The notes: a model not told the origin generated them from the sequence alone. DNA of 64,000 nt from Candidatus Sungiibacteriota bacterium (GCA_016201505.1 JACQCQ010000013.1:80830-144829); one strand, 5' to 3'. Positions 18,943-28,617 are shown, counted from the first letter of the stretch. A program made the numbers and translations.

Positions 18943-19856
18943 GCGTGTAGGTTCATGACTATGATATCAGTTGCGAGGCGCGCATTCACGTTGGTGGTTT
19001 CCAGTGTCTCCAGCGCCCGCAAAGCTTTTGAAATATTTTTAGACTTGGATGCGTTCCCCGTTATCATGAACGATTCCCCAAGACGAAACAGATGCTCCAA
19101 AAGAATTTCGCGATCTGCGGCAGCTTGATAGTTGCCGGCGGTGGCCAGTGCCTCTGAAACCGTTGATTGGGAGATGCGCCACGCATCGCGATAGATTCCC
19201 TGCTCGTGTTTTTTTTGCGCGTCATCTAGGGTCATGGAAATCAAAACGCCCGGCAGGCCGCGAGATACTTGAATGAGCTCGGCAGTCGCGCCAGGTATTC
19301 TTTTTAATTCACCCGCGGCGGGGCAAGAAAATCGCATTGGGACAAGCCGCGAAAGAATAGTCGGCATGACATACTCCGGCTTTGACGAAATGAAAATAAA
19401 AAGCGTTTTTTCATTTGGCTCTTCTAATGTTTTTAAAAATGAATTTGCCGCATCGGGTGATAAGAGCTCCGCTGCCTCGACAATGACGATCTGCCAATCT
19501 TTTGAGGCAAGAGCGATGCGACGCCTTATGGCTTCAACTTCTTCGATGCTGATTTTGCTGCGGCGCTTCATCTCATCTTCGGCAATTGGCAGAAAGGGTG
19601 AGGCGAGCGAAAGCACTATCAAATTCGGATGCGTTTCCGACTTCATTCTTTGGCAGGCCTGACAAACACCGCAGCCGCCGATTTTCTTTGACTGGTTTTC
19701 GCAAAGCAGCATCGCCGCACAGCCTTTGGCAACGGTTAATTTACCGACGTCTTTTGGCCCATAAAAAAAGTAGCCGTGAGCCAGTCTCGAGTTTCGGCAG
19801 GCTTTCGTCAAATACTGAATCTCTTTTGCGTGCCCCAAAATCATCTCCTTATTCAT
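18939..19856 (-). CDS. holB: DNA polymerase III delta-prime subunit
   Basis: HGYFFYGPKDVGK, Zn cysteines, AANSFLKTLEEP, TILSR. Confidence 0.88.
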   Translation of the reverse strand: MNKEMILGHAKEIQYLTKACRNSRLAHGYFFYGPKDVGKLTVAKGCAAMLLCENQSKKIGGCGVCQACQRMKSETHPNLIVLSLASPFLPIAEDEMKRRSKISIEEVEAIRRRIALASKDWQIVIVEAAELLSPDAANSFLKTLEEPNEKTLFIFISSKPEYVMPTILSRLVPMRFSCPAAGELKRIPGATAELIQVSRGLPGVLISMTLDDAQKKHEQGIYRDAWRISQSTVSEALATAGNYQAAADREILLEHLFRLGESFMITGNASKSKNISKALRALETLETTNVNARLATDIIVMNLHA

Positions 19857-20233
19857 GCCACATAATTCGGAATTAATACATAACCAGGCGATTTTTTCGC
19901 TTTTGTGGATAAGATCGCCGAGGTCAGCACGAAAAATAGAATATACTATATATAGGATTACGTTCGAGATGAATTCATGTTCTTTCGGGCTGGAGTGTCC
20001 GGTCCATCCGTTGAAGAAAGAAGTCTTTCTTTGCACCAATTCATTTCTGTAGACGGCTAGCTCTTTTGTCAATTCATTCGTCCCTTTCCCTGTTGGAGAT
20101 TTTATTCTCCCTCTCGGGCGGGATCCTCGAAGGAGGATCCGACTATTCAGCGCTTCTCGCGGTGACCTCTCTTTTTTACGCGATTGAGGCAAAACATCTG
20201 AATGTGTTGGGCCTCCTTTTTCTTTGGCGCGAA

Positions 20234-20413
20234 AAGCTCCACGGCCGCATCAGGCGCGGCCGTGGCATCTCGCTTTTTCGCTTTGGGCGAAACTCTTGTG
20301 AGATCGGCGGAATCGCACCTGGCATATAATCTTTGACATGGCAGAGAATATACCAGCTGTTTCCGCATTCATCCACAGGCTTACGCCCACGGCTTTCTGT
20401 GATGGTAGGTAAA
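20234..20413. repeat. Structured repeat family S, copy 2
   Basis: AAGCTCCACGGCC..GGCCGTGGCATCTCGC..GAGATCGGCGGAATC..GCATTCATCC..GGCTTACGCCC; aligns with 47405. Confidence 0.75.
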
Positions 20414-20417
20414 CACT

Positions 20418-20449
20418 ATAAGTACGATAGACTAGTCTATCGTACTTAT
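20418..20449. repeat. Perfect 32-bp palindrome, family P2 variant, solo
   Basis: ATAAGTACGATAGACT|AGTCTATCGTACTTAT; symmetric T>A / A>T change relative to other P2 copies. Confidence 0.95.
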
Positions 20450-20545
20450 GCGTATGCAATCTAAGGTTCACAAAACACCCGACATCTGCCAACTGGCGGA
20501 TGTCGGGTCGATCTTTGCATTACTACACCTACGTACTCTCACCGT

Positions 20546-21100
20546 TTATGACGCGTCTTGCCGCAATGTTGCGAGTTGGATTTTTAACGCTTCGAGATTA
20601 GATTCGAGAATGGCAGTCCTCGGACTTTCATCGGCATTTATAATCATCTCGGAGAGAACGCCCTGCGTGATTGGTCCAAATGCTCCCCAACCGGTGGAAA
20701 GCGTATCGCCTTCGCAGACAATTTGCTCATCGCATTGAAATTGTTGTAAGGCCGCTTCTGTCCGCGGACCAAAAAATCCCGTGTCATTGCCGGACGAAAG
20801 ATAGCCGTACTGAATGAGATCTTTTTGTAATCTGGCAACATCTGTATGCGGCTCATCGATGGATGAGCTTCGAGGAAATTCGAGTGGCATGGTTGGCGCT
20901 TGGACGGTTAATTGTGGTTGGGCAGAGGTATAAGACGCAACACTAACAGATGCAAGGGAAGTCTTAAGCGAGAACTCACCGATCCCAATCATGGAGAGCG
21001 AGAAGACAAATAACATAAGCAGCAACACTTCCGACAGTGGGCTTAAACTTGGTTCAATTTTCTTTTTCTTTCGATGTTTCTTTAAGGTTTTCTTTTTCAT
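20546..21100 (-). CDS. Peptidoglycan-binding domain protein
   Basis: DVARLQ..L...TGFFGPRTEAALQQFQ..G.FGPIT. Confidence 0.8.
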   Translation of the reverse strand: MKKKTLKKHRKKKKIEPSLSPLSEVLLLMLFVFSLSMIGIGEFSLKTSLASVSVASYTSAQPQLTVQAPTMPLEFPRSSSIDEPHTDVARLQKDLIQYGYLSSGNDTGFFGPRTEAALQQFQCDEQIVCEGDTLSTGWGAFGPITQGVLSEMIINADESPRTAILESNLEALKIQLATLRQDAS

Positions 21101-21337
21101 AAAAAACAAAACACCCGCAAAAGGGGCGTCCCGCTTCCCATGTATCGAAGAGATGATCTCCTCACAATTTATAATACCCGATCACTTTTTATGATACAAG
21201 CGAGCTATCCACAATAGGCTACGAGATGAAGAATGGAGGCCAGCGACCAAAAAGATAGATAAAAATTGTATCAAGCCTGGGGCTGTACATCCAGTATACA
21301 AAAAAGCGCGGCCCCCGCGGGGGCCGCTTTCTGCCCA

Positions 21338-21946
21338 TCACTGACCGAACATCTCAAAATTGAAGTTTATCAAAATCAGATCATAGGCGGCAGTGCGCCG
21401 CAGAGCTTCAGTTGCAAGCTCCCGGATCTCATCTGTTCTCTCGCCTCGCCGGTAGGTCTTGGCGAGTTCGATGGCGCGGTCATACTGGTTTGGATGAGAA
21501 ACGGCGATACGCCGTCTTTTCGCCGCAGACCGCAGCATCGTCGGCCCGCCGATATCGGTCATGTCTATGACCTCGTCCTCGGTCACCCCATTACGATTCA
21601 TAACATCGTCGAGCGGCTTCAAACCGACCGAGACGAGATCGAAAAACGGCAGATCTAGACGCGCGAGGTCTGCCATGTGTTCAGGATTGTTCGCCTCCGC
21701 CAAGATGCCCGCGTGGATTTCTTTCGTCAGTGTGACTACTTGGCCGCCGAAGGTTGGAAACTCACCGAGGAAGAGCGCGCCGACATCAACTGATGGGACA
21801 TGGTAACTCTTGAAAAACTGATGCGTCCCCGGGGTGGCGTAAATGTTCCAGCCCATCTCCTCAAGCCTTTTGGCAAAACGGCCAAGCTCGGATGTTTTAT
21901 CAAAGCTGGAAATGAGCGCGTTATATAACCGCGAGCCCATGTACAT
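21338..21946 (-). CDS. Stand-alone IMP cyclohydrolase (PurH N-terminal) domain
   Basis: ALISSFDKT, ATPGT, IHAGILA, DIGGPTMLRSAAK. Confidence 0.8.
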   Translation of the reverse strand: MYMGSRLYNALISSFDKTSELGRFAKRLEEMGWNIYATPGTHQFFKSYHVPSVDVGALFLGEFPTFGGQVVTLTKEIHAGILAEANNPEHMADLARLDLPFFDLVSVGLKPLDDVMNRNGVTEDEVIDMTDIGGPTMLRSAAKRRRIAVSHPNQYDRAIELAKTYRRGERTDEIRELATEALRRTAAYDLILINFNFEMFGQ

Positions 21947-22033
21947 GCGCGGCCTCCTTTTGCTTAGATGAGAACTGATTCTATTTTATCGCGCTTGAAG
22001 AAAAAAGCTACCTAAATATCCTATACTTACTGC

Positions 22034-22942
22034 ATGCGAAAAGAGACTGGCATGACTATTTTTCTCGTTCTTATTTTTCTCGTGGCTCTCTTCACCTATC
22101 AGAAACGAAATCTGACTTTTTTGCGCCTCACGCCCTCGCCCAATAAAGTGATGGTCATTAAAAATATTCGATATATTGACGACGGGCTGGAAAAGCATCG
22201 GCTGGATTTGTATCTGCCGAAAAATAAAAAGGATTTCTCGATTGTGCAATTTGTGCACGGCGGCTATTGGACTTCAGGCGACAAAGATTATTACGCCGCC
22301 ATCACCGGCTTATACGGAAGCACCGGCCGGGCTCTGGCGGCTAAAGGCATTGGTGTCGTCATCCAGAATTATCGACTGGCACCCGACGTACAAATTGACG
22401 GAGAAATTGACGATGTTGTTTCGGCCATCAAGTGGACACAAAACCACATTGCTGAATACGGCGGTGATCCAACGCATCACTTTTTAATGGGCCACTCTGC
22501 CGGCGGTCATTTAATTACGATTCTTGGGCTTGATCCGGAATATTTTGCCCGAGCCGGGATTAGAAGCGGCACCATCCGCGGCTACATTTCGCTTTCGGGC
22601 ATTGTTGACCTAAATGACATGGCGGCGAAAAATGATGAGCAATTTAAGGAGTCCATAATCTATAGAGTTTTTGGGCGCGATCCAGAAACGCTTATGCACT
22701 ACTCCCCGACTTCATACATTCAAAAATCGATGCCGCCGTTTTTAATCATGATCGGCGAACATGATTTTGATTATTTAATCCCCGAAACAAACGCTGCGAT
22801 TCAAAAAATGAAAGACGTTGGCGCCTCGCCCAAATTTAAAGTCATTGCCGGCAACACGCATATGGACATGGTGCTAAAGTTTGGGAGCCGTGAGGATAAT
22901 ATGACGCAACCGGTCGTTGATTTTATACATCAGTCTCAATGA
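22034..22942 (+). CDS. Alpha/beta hydrolase (esterase)
   Basis: HGGYW, GHSAGG. Confidence 0.9.
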   Translation: MRKETGMTIFLVLIFLVALFTYQKRNLTFLRLTPSPNKVMVIKNIRYIDDGLEKHRLDLYLPKNKKDFSIVQFVHGGYWTSGDKDYYAAITGLYGSTGRALAAKGIGVVIQNYRLAPDVQIDGEIDDVVSAIKWTQNHIAEYGGDPTHHFLMGHSAGGHLITILGLDPEYFARAGIRSGTIRGYISLSGIVDLNDMAAKNDEQFKESIIYRVFGRDPETLMHYSPTSYIQKSMPPFLIMIGEHDFDYLIPETNAAIQKMKDVGASPKFKVIAGNTHMDMVLKFGSREDNMTQPVVDFIHQSQ

Positions 22943-22992
22943 AGAAAACAAAAATCCCCGCCAGCGGCGGGGATTTTTGCAATTCCGGAAAT

Positions 22993-23211
22993 CTACATCC
23001 CGCCTCCCGGGTTGCACAATCGGCAGTCTTTCTTGTGAATGGCAAACTCGTAAATCGCCGAGAGTCCCACAAGAATATAAATGAGACGCGGCAAGAGCGC
23101 ATCCATCCCGCCGAGCCAACGACTGATCTCCCATCCAAACACGCCTTCAAGCAGCCAATTGAGGCCGCCGACGATGAGCAGGATGAAGGTGATCATGTGT
23201 AGTCCTTTCAT
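22993..23211 (-). CDS. DUF378-family membrane protein
   Basis: LLIVGGLNW, IYILVGLSAIY. Confidence 0.85.
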   Translation of the reverse strand: MKGLHMITFILLIVGGLNWLLEGVFGWEISRWLGGMDALLPRLIYILVGLSAIYEFAIHKKDCRLCNPGGGM

Positions 23212-23337
23212 AGTGGTCTTTCTAATAGGTTCTGACCTTTGATTTATTGTAGCACACAAAAAAACCGCCGACTCGACTTCGCGAGGGGCGCAGATCGTCC
23301 TGCCGCCGGGCGGTTTTCGTTTTGACGCTTAAAAAAA

Positions 23338-24558
23338 TTAGAATGCGGAAGTTCCAAGCGGCGTGCCAAGGCCGGTTGGCCCGTCGTAGCCGGTAAGAGC
23401 GGTGCAAAGATAAGTGCCTGCGCAGCTGCCATTGGAGCCGGAGGTAATGTCGTGCATATTCGCTGAATTGCCGAGTGCATACGGCAGCGAGGCGGGAGAA
23501 GAGGAACCAACCGTTCCCTGAAGCCCATAGACGGCGGCAATCAGCGGACTCGACAAACTTGTCCCGCCGACCTTAAACCAGCCTGACTTGCCCTGATACC
23601 GAACACTGTCATACACCGCTGCTCCCGTGTTGGGGTCTGCCACTGCCGAGACATCGGCAATGGCCCGATGAGTACACGACGCATCGCTTTGCCAGGTTGG
23701 TTTTGATTCATACTGACTGCACCCCGACCCACTGCCTGACCAGGCAGTCTCGCTGTTATAGGAGTTATCTGAATTTAAGAATAACGTCGTCCCGCCAACG
23801 GCGACAACGTATTGAGAGGCGGCCGGATACTCCACGCCGTAGCCTGCGTCTCCCGAACTGAAGGTGAATACAATTCCAGAATGATTGAAGTGCGCGTCGT
23901 AGCCAGTCTCACCAGAAAATTCCGCCGAGCCGTATGAATTCGAGACTTCGTTGGCGCCGAGCGTTACCGCGCGATCCACCGCGGCCATTAAATTGGCATA
24001 TGAATTTGAGCTGGCTTCGACAAGCAGGATGCCGCAGTTTTGGCACATAGCGTGAGCTACTTCAACGTCGAGCGAAATCTCAAGCGCCCAACCGGAATTG
24101 ACCGAAGGATAATTAAATGTCTGACCAAATTGATTTACTTTTTGAAAGCAGGGGGAAGCCGAGGCGGCAATTGGTCCGGCACACTGAGGCAACACCGGAA
24201 TGGCGTAGGTTTTACTGTAGGTGGCGAGATCCGAATAAATATTCGGGTCATCATACGCGTCCACGATGGCAATAATATTTTTTGTAGCAGAAGTTGTGGG
24301 AACACTATAGGCCACGTGAAATTGGGTCGGTCCAAATCCGTTTGGCAACGATGTCGTTTTCGGCGTCGATCGATCAGATTCGGTGATCACGCGCACATGA
24401 CAGCGGACATCGCCATCCCTCGGATGACAGACTGCGATGTGCGGCTCATGAAGAAGCTTACTGTCATCTCTTTCATTATCAGTTTTGGCGACCGCCACCG
24501 CCGCCACAAGCAACGTAGCCGCAATGACACTAAAAAAGACTTTATCGGGATAGTTCAT
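23338..24558 (-). CDS. S53 (sedolisin) peptidase, secreted
   Basis: EISLD, SSGD, GGTSLSSP, GYDGPTGLGTP; signal peptide. Confidence 0.9.
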   Translation of the reverse strand: MNYPDKVFFSVIAATLLVAAVAVAKTDNERDDSKLLHEPHIAVCHPRDGDVRCHVRVITESDRSTPKTTSLPNGFGPTQFHVAYSVPTTSATKNIIAIVDAYDDPNIYSDLATYSKTYAIPVLPQCAGPIAASASPCFQKVNQFGQTFNYPSVNSGWALEISLDVEVAHAMCQNCGILLVEASSNSYANLMAAVDRAVTLGANEVSNSYGSAEFSGETGYDAHFNHSGIVFTFSSGDAGYGVEYPAASQYVVAVGGTTLFLNSDNSYNSETAWSGSGSGCSQYESKPTWQSDASCTHRAIADVSAVADPNTGAAVYDSVRYQGKSGWFKVGGTSLSSPLIAAVYGLQGTVGSSSPASLPYALGNSANMHDITSGSNGSCAGTYLCTALTGYDGPTGLGTPLGTSAF

Positions 24559-24687
24559 AACCTCGTAGGCATCATACCAGACCTTGTGTCATATTTCAAA
24601 CACCGACCTCTGCAAAACTAAGACCATTCTGCCGTCGGGCGGTTTTCGTTTTATGAAAACCATGGGGGAGAAATTATGATACTCCGA

Positions 24688-24727
24688 GCTGTACTCATTT
24701 CCTGCGATCGCAGGAAATGAGTACAGC
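24688..24727. repeat. Perfect 40-bp palindrome with CGATCG centre, solo
   Basis: GCTGTACTCATTTCCTGCGA|TCGCAGGAAATGAGTACAGC. Confidence 0.93.
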
Positions 24728-24731
24728 GAAT

Positions 24732-24758
24732 CAAAAGCCGCGCGATGCGCGGCTTTTG
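24732..24758 (-). terminator. Probable terminator of the 16S transcript
   Basis: CAAAAGCCGCGC-GAT-GCGCGGCTTTTG hairpin just beyond the processing stem. Confidence 0.65.
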
Positions 24759-24828
24759 TGTTGCTCAAAAAATTTCCCGCCTTCTCCGCCAGCTGGCAGA
24801 TACGGAAGGGCGCAGCAACTGTTTTATC

Positions 24829-24858
24829 CCTGAATGAATTCCAACTGTTCCGACTTTG
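24829..24858 (-). other. 3' arm of putative pre-16S processing stem
   Basis: Inverted match (26/30, 17-bp perfect core) to 31652..31681. Confidence 0.7.
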
Positions 24859-25634
24859 GTCTTCCGAAGCTCCGTGAGGAGCGCAGGAGACCGCGCTGTA
24901 ATGTCCCCATTACAACGACTAGTCTCGGTGTATCGTGTTTCAGCCGTCCGAAGCTCTTGCGAGCGTAGGAGACTTCCGAGACCAAACACGTCTTTGGCTC
25001 GCCGTAGCTCCGTGAGGAGCGTAGACGGCTTTCATTCTCCAGGATGAGATAAGGAGGCGAGGCGCTTGCAGTACTTCTAAACGCACCTCGCATAAGGATC
25101 AGGCTTTCGCCTGCTAGATTTCGATCTCGGGCAATCTCCACGCCGCAGGCAAGGTGCACCTCGCCAAAAGCACGTCTCCGCTGCAGCGGAGCAAGACGAC
25201 CCGAGCTCTGTTATCCCGAACATCGGTACGATTTTTTTTTGCGATGCAGATACCGAGGTAGCGGAGGAAGCAGACGCCCAGTAGAGGATCGGGCGAAGGC
25301 ACTACCTACTAGCTAACCCGATCATACGTGATGTCCACCCCCGCGCTTCTCATCACCTTGTCCAGTGATACTCCGCAAGCGCCACGGGATTTCCTGCATC
25401 GCAAACTGAATTTCTATTTTTCCTTATCTCATCCTGGAGTTTTCGCCGCGCCAAAATTTTTATAAATAAAAACTTAGGCGGGCGTCCGACCTTCTAGGAT
25501 CACTGTTCAATCAGTTTGCTAGTTTTCTAGTTGACTAGTTAACTAGTAGGTCGCTAAGCGACCGGAACTGATGAACTGACAGATTCCTAAAAAGAATATG
25601 TTCCATCGACAGCTTCCGCTACCGATGCCTTGTT

Positions 25635-26413
25635 CATGTTCTCCCTATGTCGCCATAAGGCATGGACTATATCATCACCCTTTGTTGCAATGTCTTGATT
25701 TTTCTCGGATGCCAACTTCCGATAATCTTCAAGAAGTTTTCTTGAGATTTTTTCGAAATAAACATTCGGAAATAATCTGGATCTATGTGGAAACTTGGAT
25801 TATGGATTTTCCCCGATTGGATTCCAAAACTTATCAGCATTTGTTTAAGTTTCTCCAGTTTGATGCGATCATTCTGCACCAGTTGAATGTAAAACCTTGC
25901 GGATGGACTTCTTGGAATTCCTCCCTCGGCATCAAAGAATCCTCTTAAATACGCTATTTTTTCCTCAGCTGAATTTAACCGCTTAGGATCGAATTTTGTA
26001 TCTAAGAATTTTGCTCTTGTTTCCAATACATACACTTTACGATTTCTGCCTTCGCGATATATCCAGGAGGTATTATCCGTTAGCGCTAGGCAAGATTTTA
26101 GTACTGATAACCAATCAGTACCTAGCTGCGCAAACCGGTGTCTTTGGTTATACCGATTGAAGGTGCCATCGTGAAGCGCACCGAGTAAGTATGCTCGGCA
26201 TTCTGCAACAGAAGGGGCTTGGCGTGTAGTCTCTGAGGCGCCTCCGACGTTACGTCGGAGTTGCCTGCTGATTGTCTGCGCTTTTCGCATTATCACTTCT
26301 AGAACTATTTTAGCTCTATAAGTAGCAAAAAGATACTCAGGTTTTCCAGCATATAGCCAAGTTTTTATGTGAGAATTACTCCTCACAAGTCGCAACGGAC
26401 GCAGTCTGCGCCT
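25635..26413 (-). mobile_element. Group I intron at ~16S position 1498
   Basis: Junction AAGTCGT|..G|AACAAGG; Q AATCAGCAGG, R CAGAGACTACACG, S GATGATATAGTCC. Confidence 0.9.
25667..26290 (-). CDS. LAGLIDADG homing endonuclease (start uncertain)
   Basis: YLLGALHDG and YLRGFFDAEG motifs; reading frame overlaps the intron core. Confidence 0.88.
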   Translation of the reverse strand: MRKAQTISRQLRRNVGGASETTRQAPSVAECRAYLLGALHDGTFNRYNQRHRFAQLGTDWLSVLKSCLALTDNTSWIYREGRNRKVYVLETRAKFLDTKFDPKRLNSAEEKIAYLRGFFDAEGGIPRSPSARFYIQLVQNDRIKLEKLKQMLISFGIQSGKIHNPSFHIDPDYFRMFISKKSQENFLKIIGSWHPRKIKTLQQRVMI

Positions 26414-26620
26414 ACGACTTCGTCTTTGTCACCGATCCTACCGTGGGCCACCATAAGTGGACTTCGGGTATTACCAGCTCCCCTGACGTGACGGGCGGTA
26501 TTAAGATCACTTCTGTGTCTTACACCACTGGGCGAACGGTTTTCCCGTACCCTAGCGGTTTCTTATATCGCTTTCGCGATATAGATTCGTCCCTTCCCGA
26601 GCACATATTTTTGGAGTCTA

Positions 26621-26649
26621 TTGACGAAATTTATCAATAGGTATATAAA
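26621..26649 (+). promoter_or_regulatory. Sigma70-like promoter antisense to the rRNA, inside the group II intron
   Basis: TTGACG-17 nt-TATAAA upstream of SD GGAGGTGA. Confidence 0.55.
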
Positions 26650-26673
26650 TTGTATACGAGGAGGTGAAGGATT

Positions 26674-26826
26674 ATGTTGGGTATCGCGGTTCCACCGATC
26701 CCTGCAAACGCGGGTGTCAGTAGCGATCCGGAAGGACTGCTCGCGCTCCTTCTTCTGATGTTCGTCGTTGTTCCGTCAATCATCGTCATTTTCGGCGGCG
26801 CGATCATGGCGAACGTCGAAGACTGA
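26674..26826 (+). CDS. 50-aa single-TM peptide, antisense within the intron
   Basis: MLGIAVPPIPANAGVSSDPEGLLALLLLMFVVVPSIIVIFGGAIMANVED; strong SD; below ORF-track cutoff. Confidence 0.65.
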   Translation: MLGIAVPPIPANAGVSSDPEGLLALLLLMFVVVPSIIVIFGGAIMANVED

Positions 26827-27708
26827 GATCAGCGGACGGCTTTCACCCCCCACAGCGGCCTCCAGGAGGTCGCTTTCAATTTCTCCAAAAATATGTGCTC
26901 GGTACTATGGATTCTGCTGACTTCTCAATAAGCATCAAGATAAAATTGCTTTTATCCTTTACCTTTCGGACTTAATAAGATCTCCTTCGGTCACCGAATA
27001 TACCATTCTCTCACATCTCGATACTCCGTATATAGCGTAAAATTTGTGCAGATGACTTCTCCATGTACTCGAAGGATCGTCGATCTACGCTACCTATTAG
27101 CGAGTATTCAAGCTATAAGACATATACTTTCGCCCTTCATCCTGAGGATCACTCCTCGAAGGACTGCGATTTCATTTCGCGACTTCTGCAAATCGTGGTG
27201 GGATTTAAACCCACTGGCATACTCGGCTGCAAAGCACCCGAGTACAAAGCTCGAGAACGTATTCACCGCGGCATAGCTGATCCGCGATTACTAGCGATTC
27301 CATCTTCAAGGAGTCGAGTTGCAGACTCCTATCTGAACTGGGGCGCACTTTGATGGGATTAGCTCCGCCTTGCGGCTTGGCAACCCATTGTATGCGCCAT
27401 TGTAGCACGTGTGTAGCCCAGGGTATCAGAGGGCCATGCTGACCTCGCGTCATCCCCTCCTTCCTCTCCCGAAAAGGAAGCAGTCTCTCCTGACACATAT
27501 AACAGAAGACAAGGGTTGCGTTCGTTAACCCACTTAAGGGAACAGTTCAAACCACGAACTGACGAGGGCCATGCAGCACCTGTGATTGCCGTCTTGTGAA
27601 CACACCGCGGTTTCTCGCGGTTTTTGCAATCATTTCAAACCCTGGTGAGGTTCCTCGGTTGTCATCGAATTGAACCACATGCTCCACCGCTTGTGCGAGC
27701 TCCCGTCT

Positions 27709-27740
<32 letters not shown>

Positions 27741-28062
27741 TCCCAGGCGGCAGATTTAACGCGTTAGCTGCGCCACTCCGAGGGTCGATACTCGAAATAG
27801 CTAATCTGCATCGTTTAGGGCGTGGACTACTGGGGTATCTACAATTTTGTTGCGACAAAATTGGAATTTCTAAATCCGAATTTCTAATTTCTAAACAAAT
27901 CCGAAATCTCAAATTTCCAAATTGCGGACGAGACATTTCTGCTCGTCTCTCCGTATCGCTACGGAGATCGGACTGTATCATGACGGAAAGTATTACTGGC
28001 GCGGGTTTCGCTTTCGCTCACCCGCGCCGGGACTTCCGCCCTCGGCGTGCAGTCTCTGAGGG

Positions 28063-28245
28063 TTACGAAAGAGAGATCGGCGCTGTTTCTACATGCCGAT
28101 GGCCGAAACCGGGCCCGTCGAGGCTATCTCCGTAGCTTTCCTTGACGATGCGCTCGACGCGTACCACATTACCCATATCTTGAGCGATGGCGCGAGCTAC
28201 ATTGTCACCTTGAGCTTCGAACTCTACGACTGCCCAATATTTCAT
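28063..28245 (-). CDS. 60-aa hypothetical protein inside intron
   Basis: SD AAGGAG + ATG; MKYWAVVEFEAQGD... Confidence 0.5.
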   Translation of the reverse strand: MKYWAVVEFEAQGDNVARAIAQDMGNVVRVERIVKESYGDSLDGPGFGHRHVETAPISLS

Positions 28246-28333
28246 AGCTTCTCCTTTTCGTCCTTCCCTGCTGGTTGTCCGTTGACCGATCCGCGTTTAG
28301 CGGATACAGGTCGCACCGGATGCTTTTTTACCA

Positions 28334-28486
28334 CTACTTTACATCGAACTTGCTGACTTCCTTCCGCATTCCTTCAAGGACCCTGCGAATCTCCGGCGAA
28401 TTGCCGTACTTCGCGAGGTACTTGTCGATCAGCTCGAGAAACCCGTTCTGCATGGCCTCGCGGGCCATTTGAGTGAACAAGCTCAT
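28334..28486 (-). CDS. 50-aa hypothetical protein inside intron
   Basis: SD AAGGA + ATG; MSLFTQMAREAMQNGFLELIDKYLAKY... Confidence 0.45.
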   Translation of the reverse strand: MSLFTQMAREAMQNGFLELIDKYLAKYGNSPEIRRVLEGMRKEVSKFDVK

Positions 28487-28617
28487 TGTTTTTTTCCTTT
28501 CTGTGGTAGCACCGGATACACCGGATGTTCCAGCATATAGCTCCGCCGTCGCCTCACGGCTATGGCGGATCCCAACTTCACCATCATATTTTTCAATGGT
28601 GCGTCGGGACAAGTTTT

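Larger units (their letters stand above)
26500..27239 (-). mobile_element. Group II intron (no RT) at ~16S position 1397
   Basis: Junction TGTACTC|GGGTGC...TTAAT|ACCGCCCG; domain V-like ACCGCTAGGGTACGGGAAAACCGTTCGCCCAGTGGT; domain VI TAAGACAC-AGAA-GTG(A)TCTTA with bulged A; AY end. Confidence 0.8.

Noticed and set aside
19857-20192. N-terminal extension of holB to 417 aa
   Set aside because: Homology starts at MNKEMILGH; upstream part looks intergenic
24040-24621. 193-aa plus-strand ORF
   Set aside because: Antisense shadow of the S53 peptidase
24765-25302. Short ORFs and possible tRNA/5S in the 16S trailer
   Set aside because: Region is made of hairpin repeats; no cloverleaf, T-loop or 5S signature recognised
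25534-25547. ACTAGTTAACTAGT, identical to the E. coli trp operator core
   Set aside because: Embedded in an 8-nt CTAGTT repeat hairpin found at several loci; not at a promoter, likely coincidental
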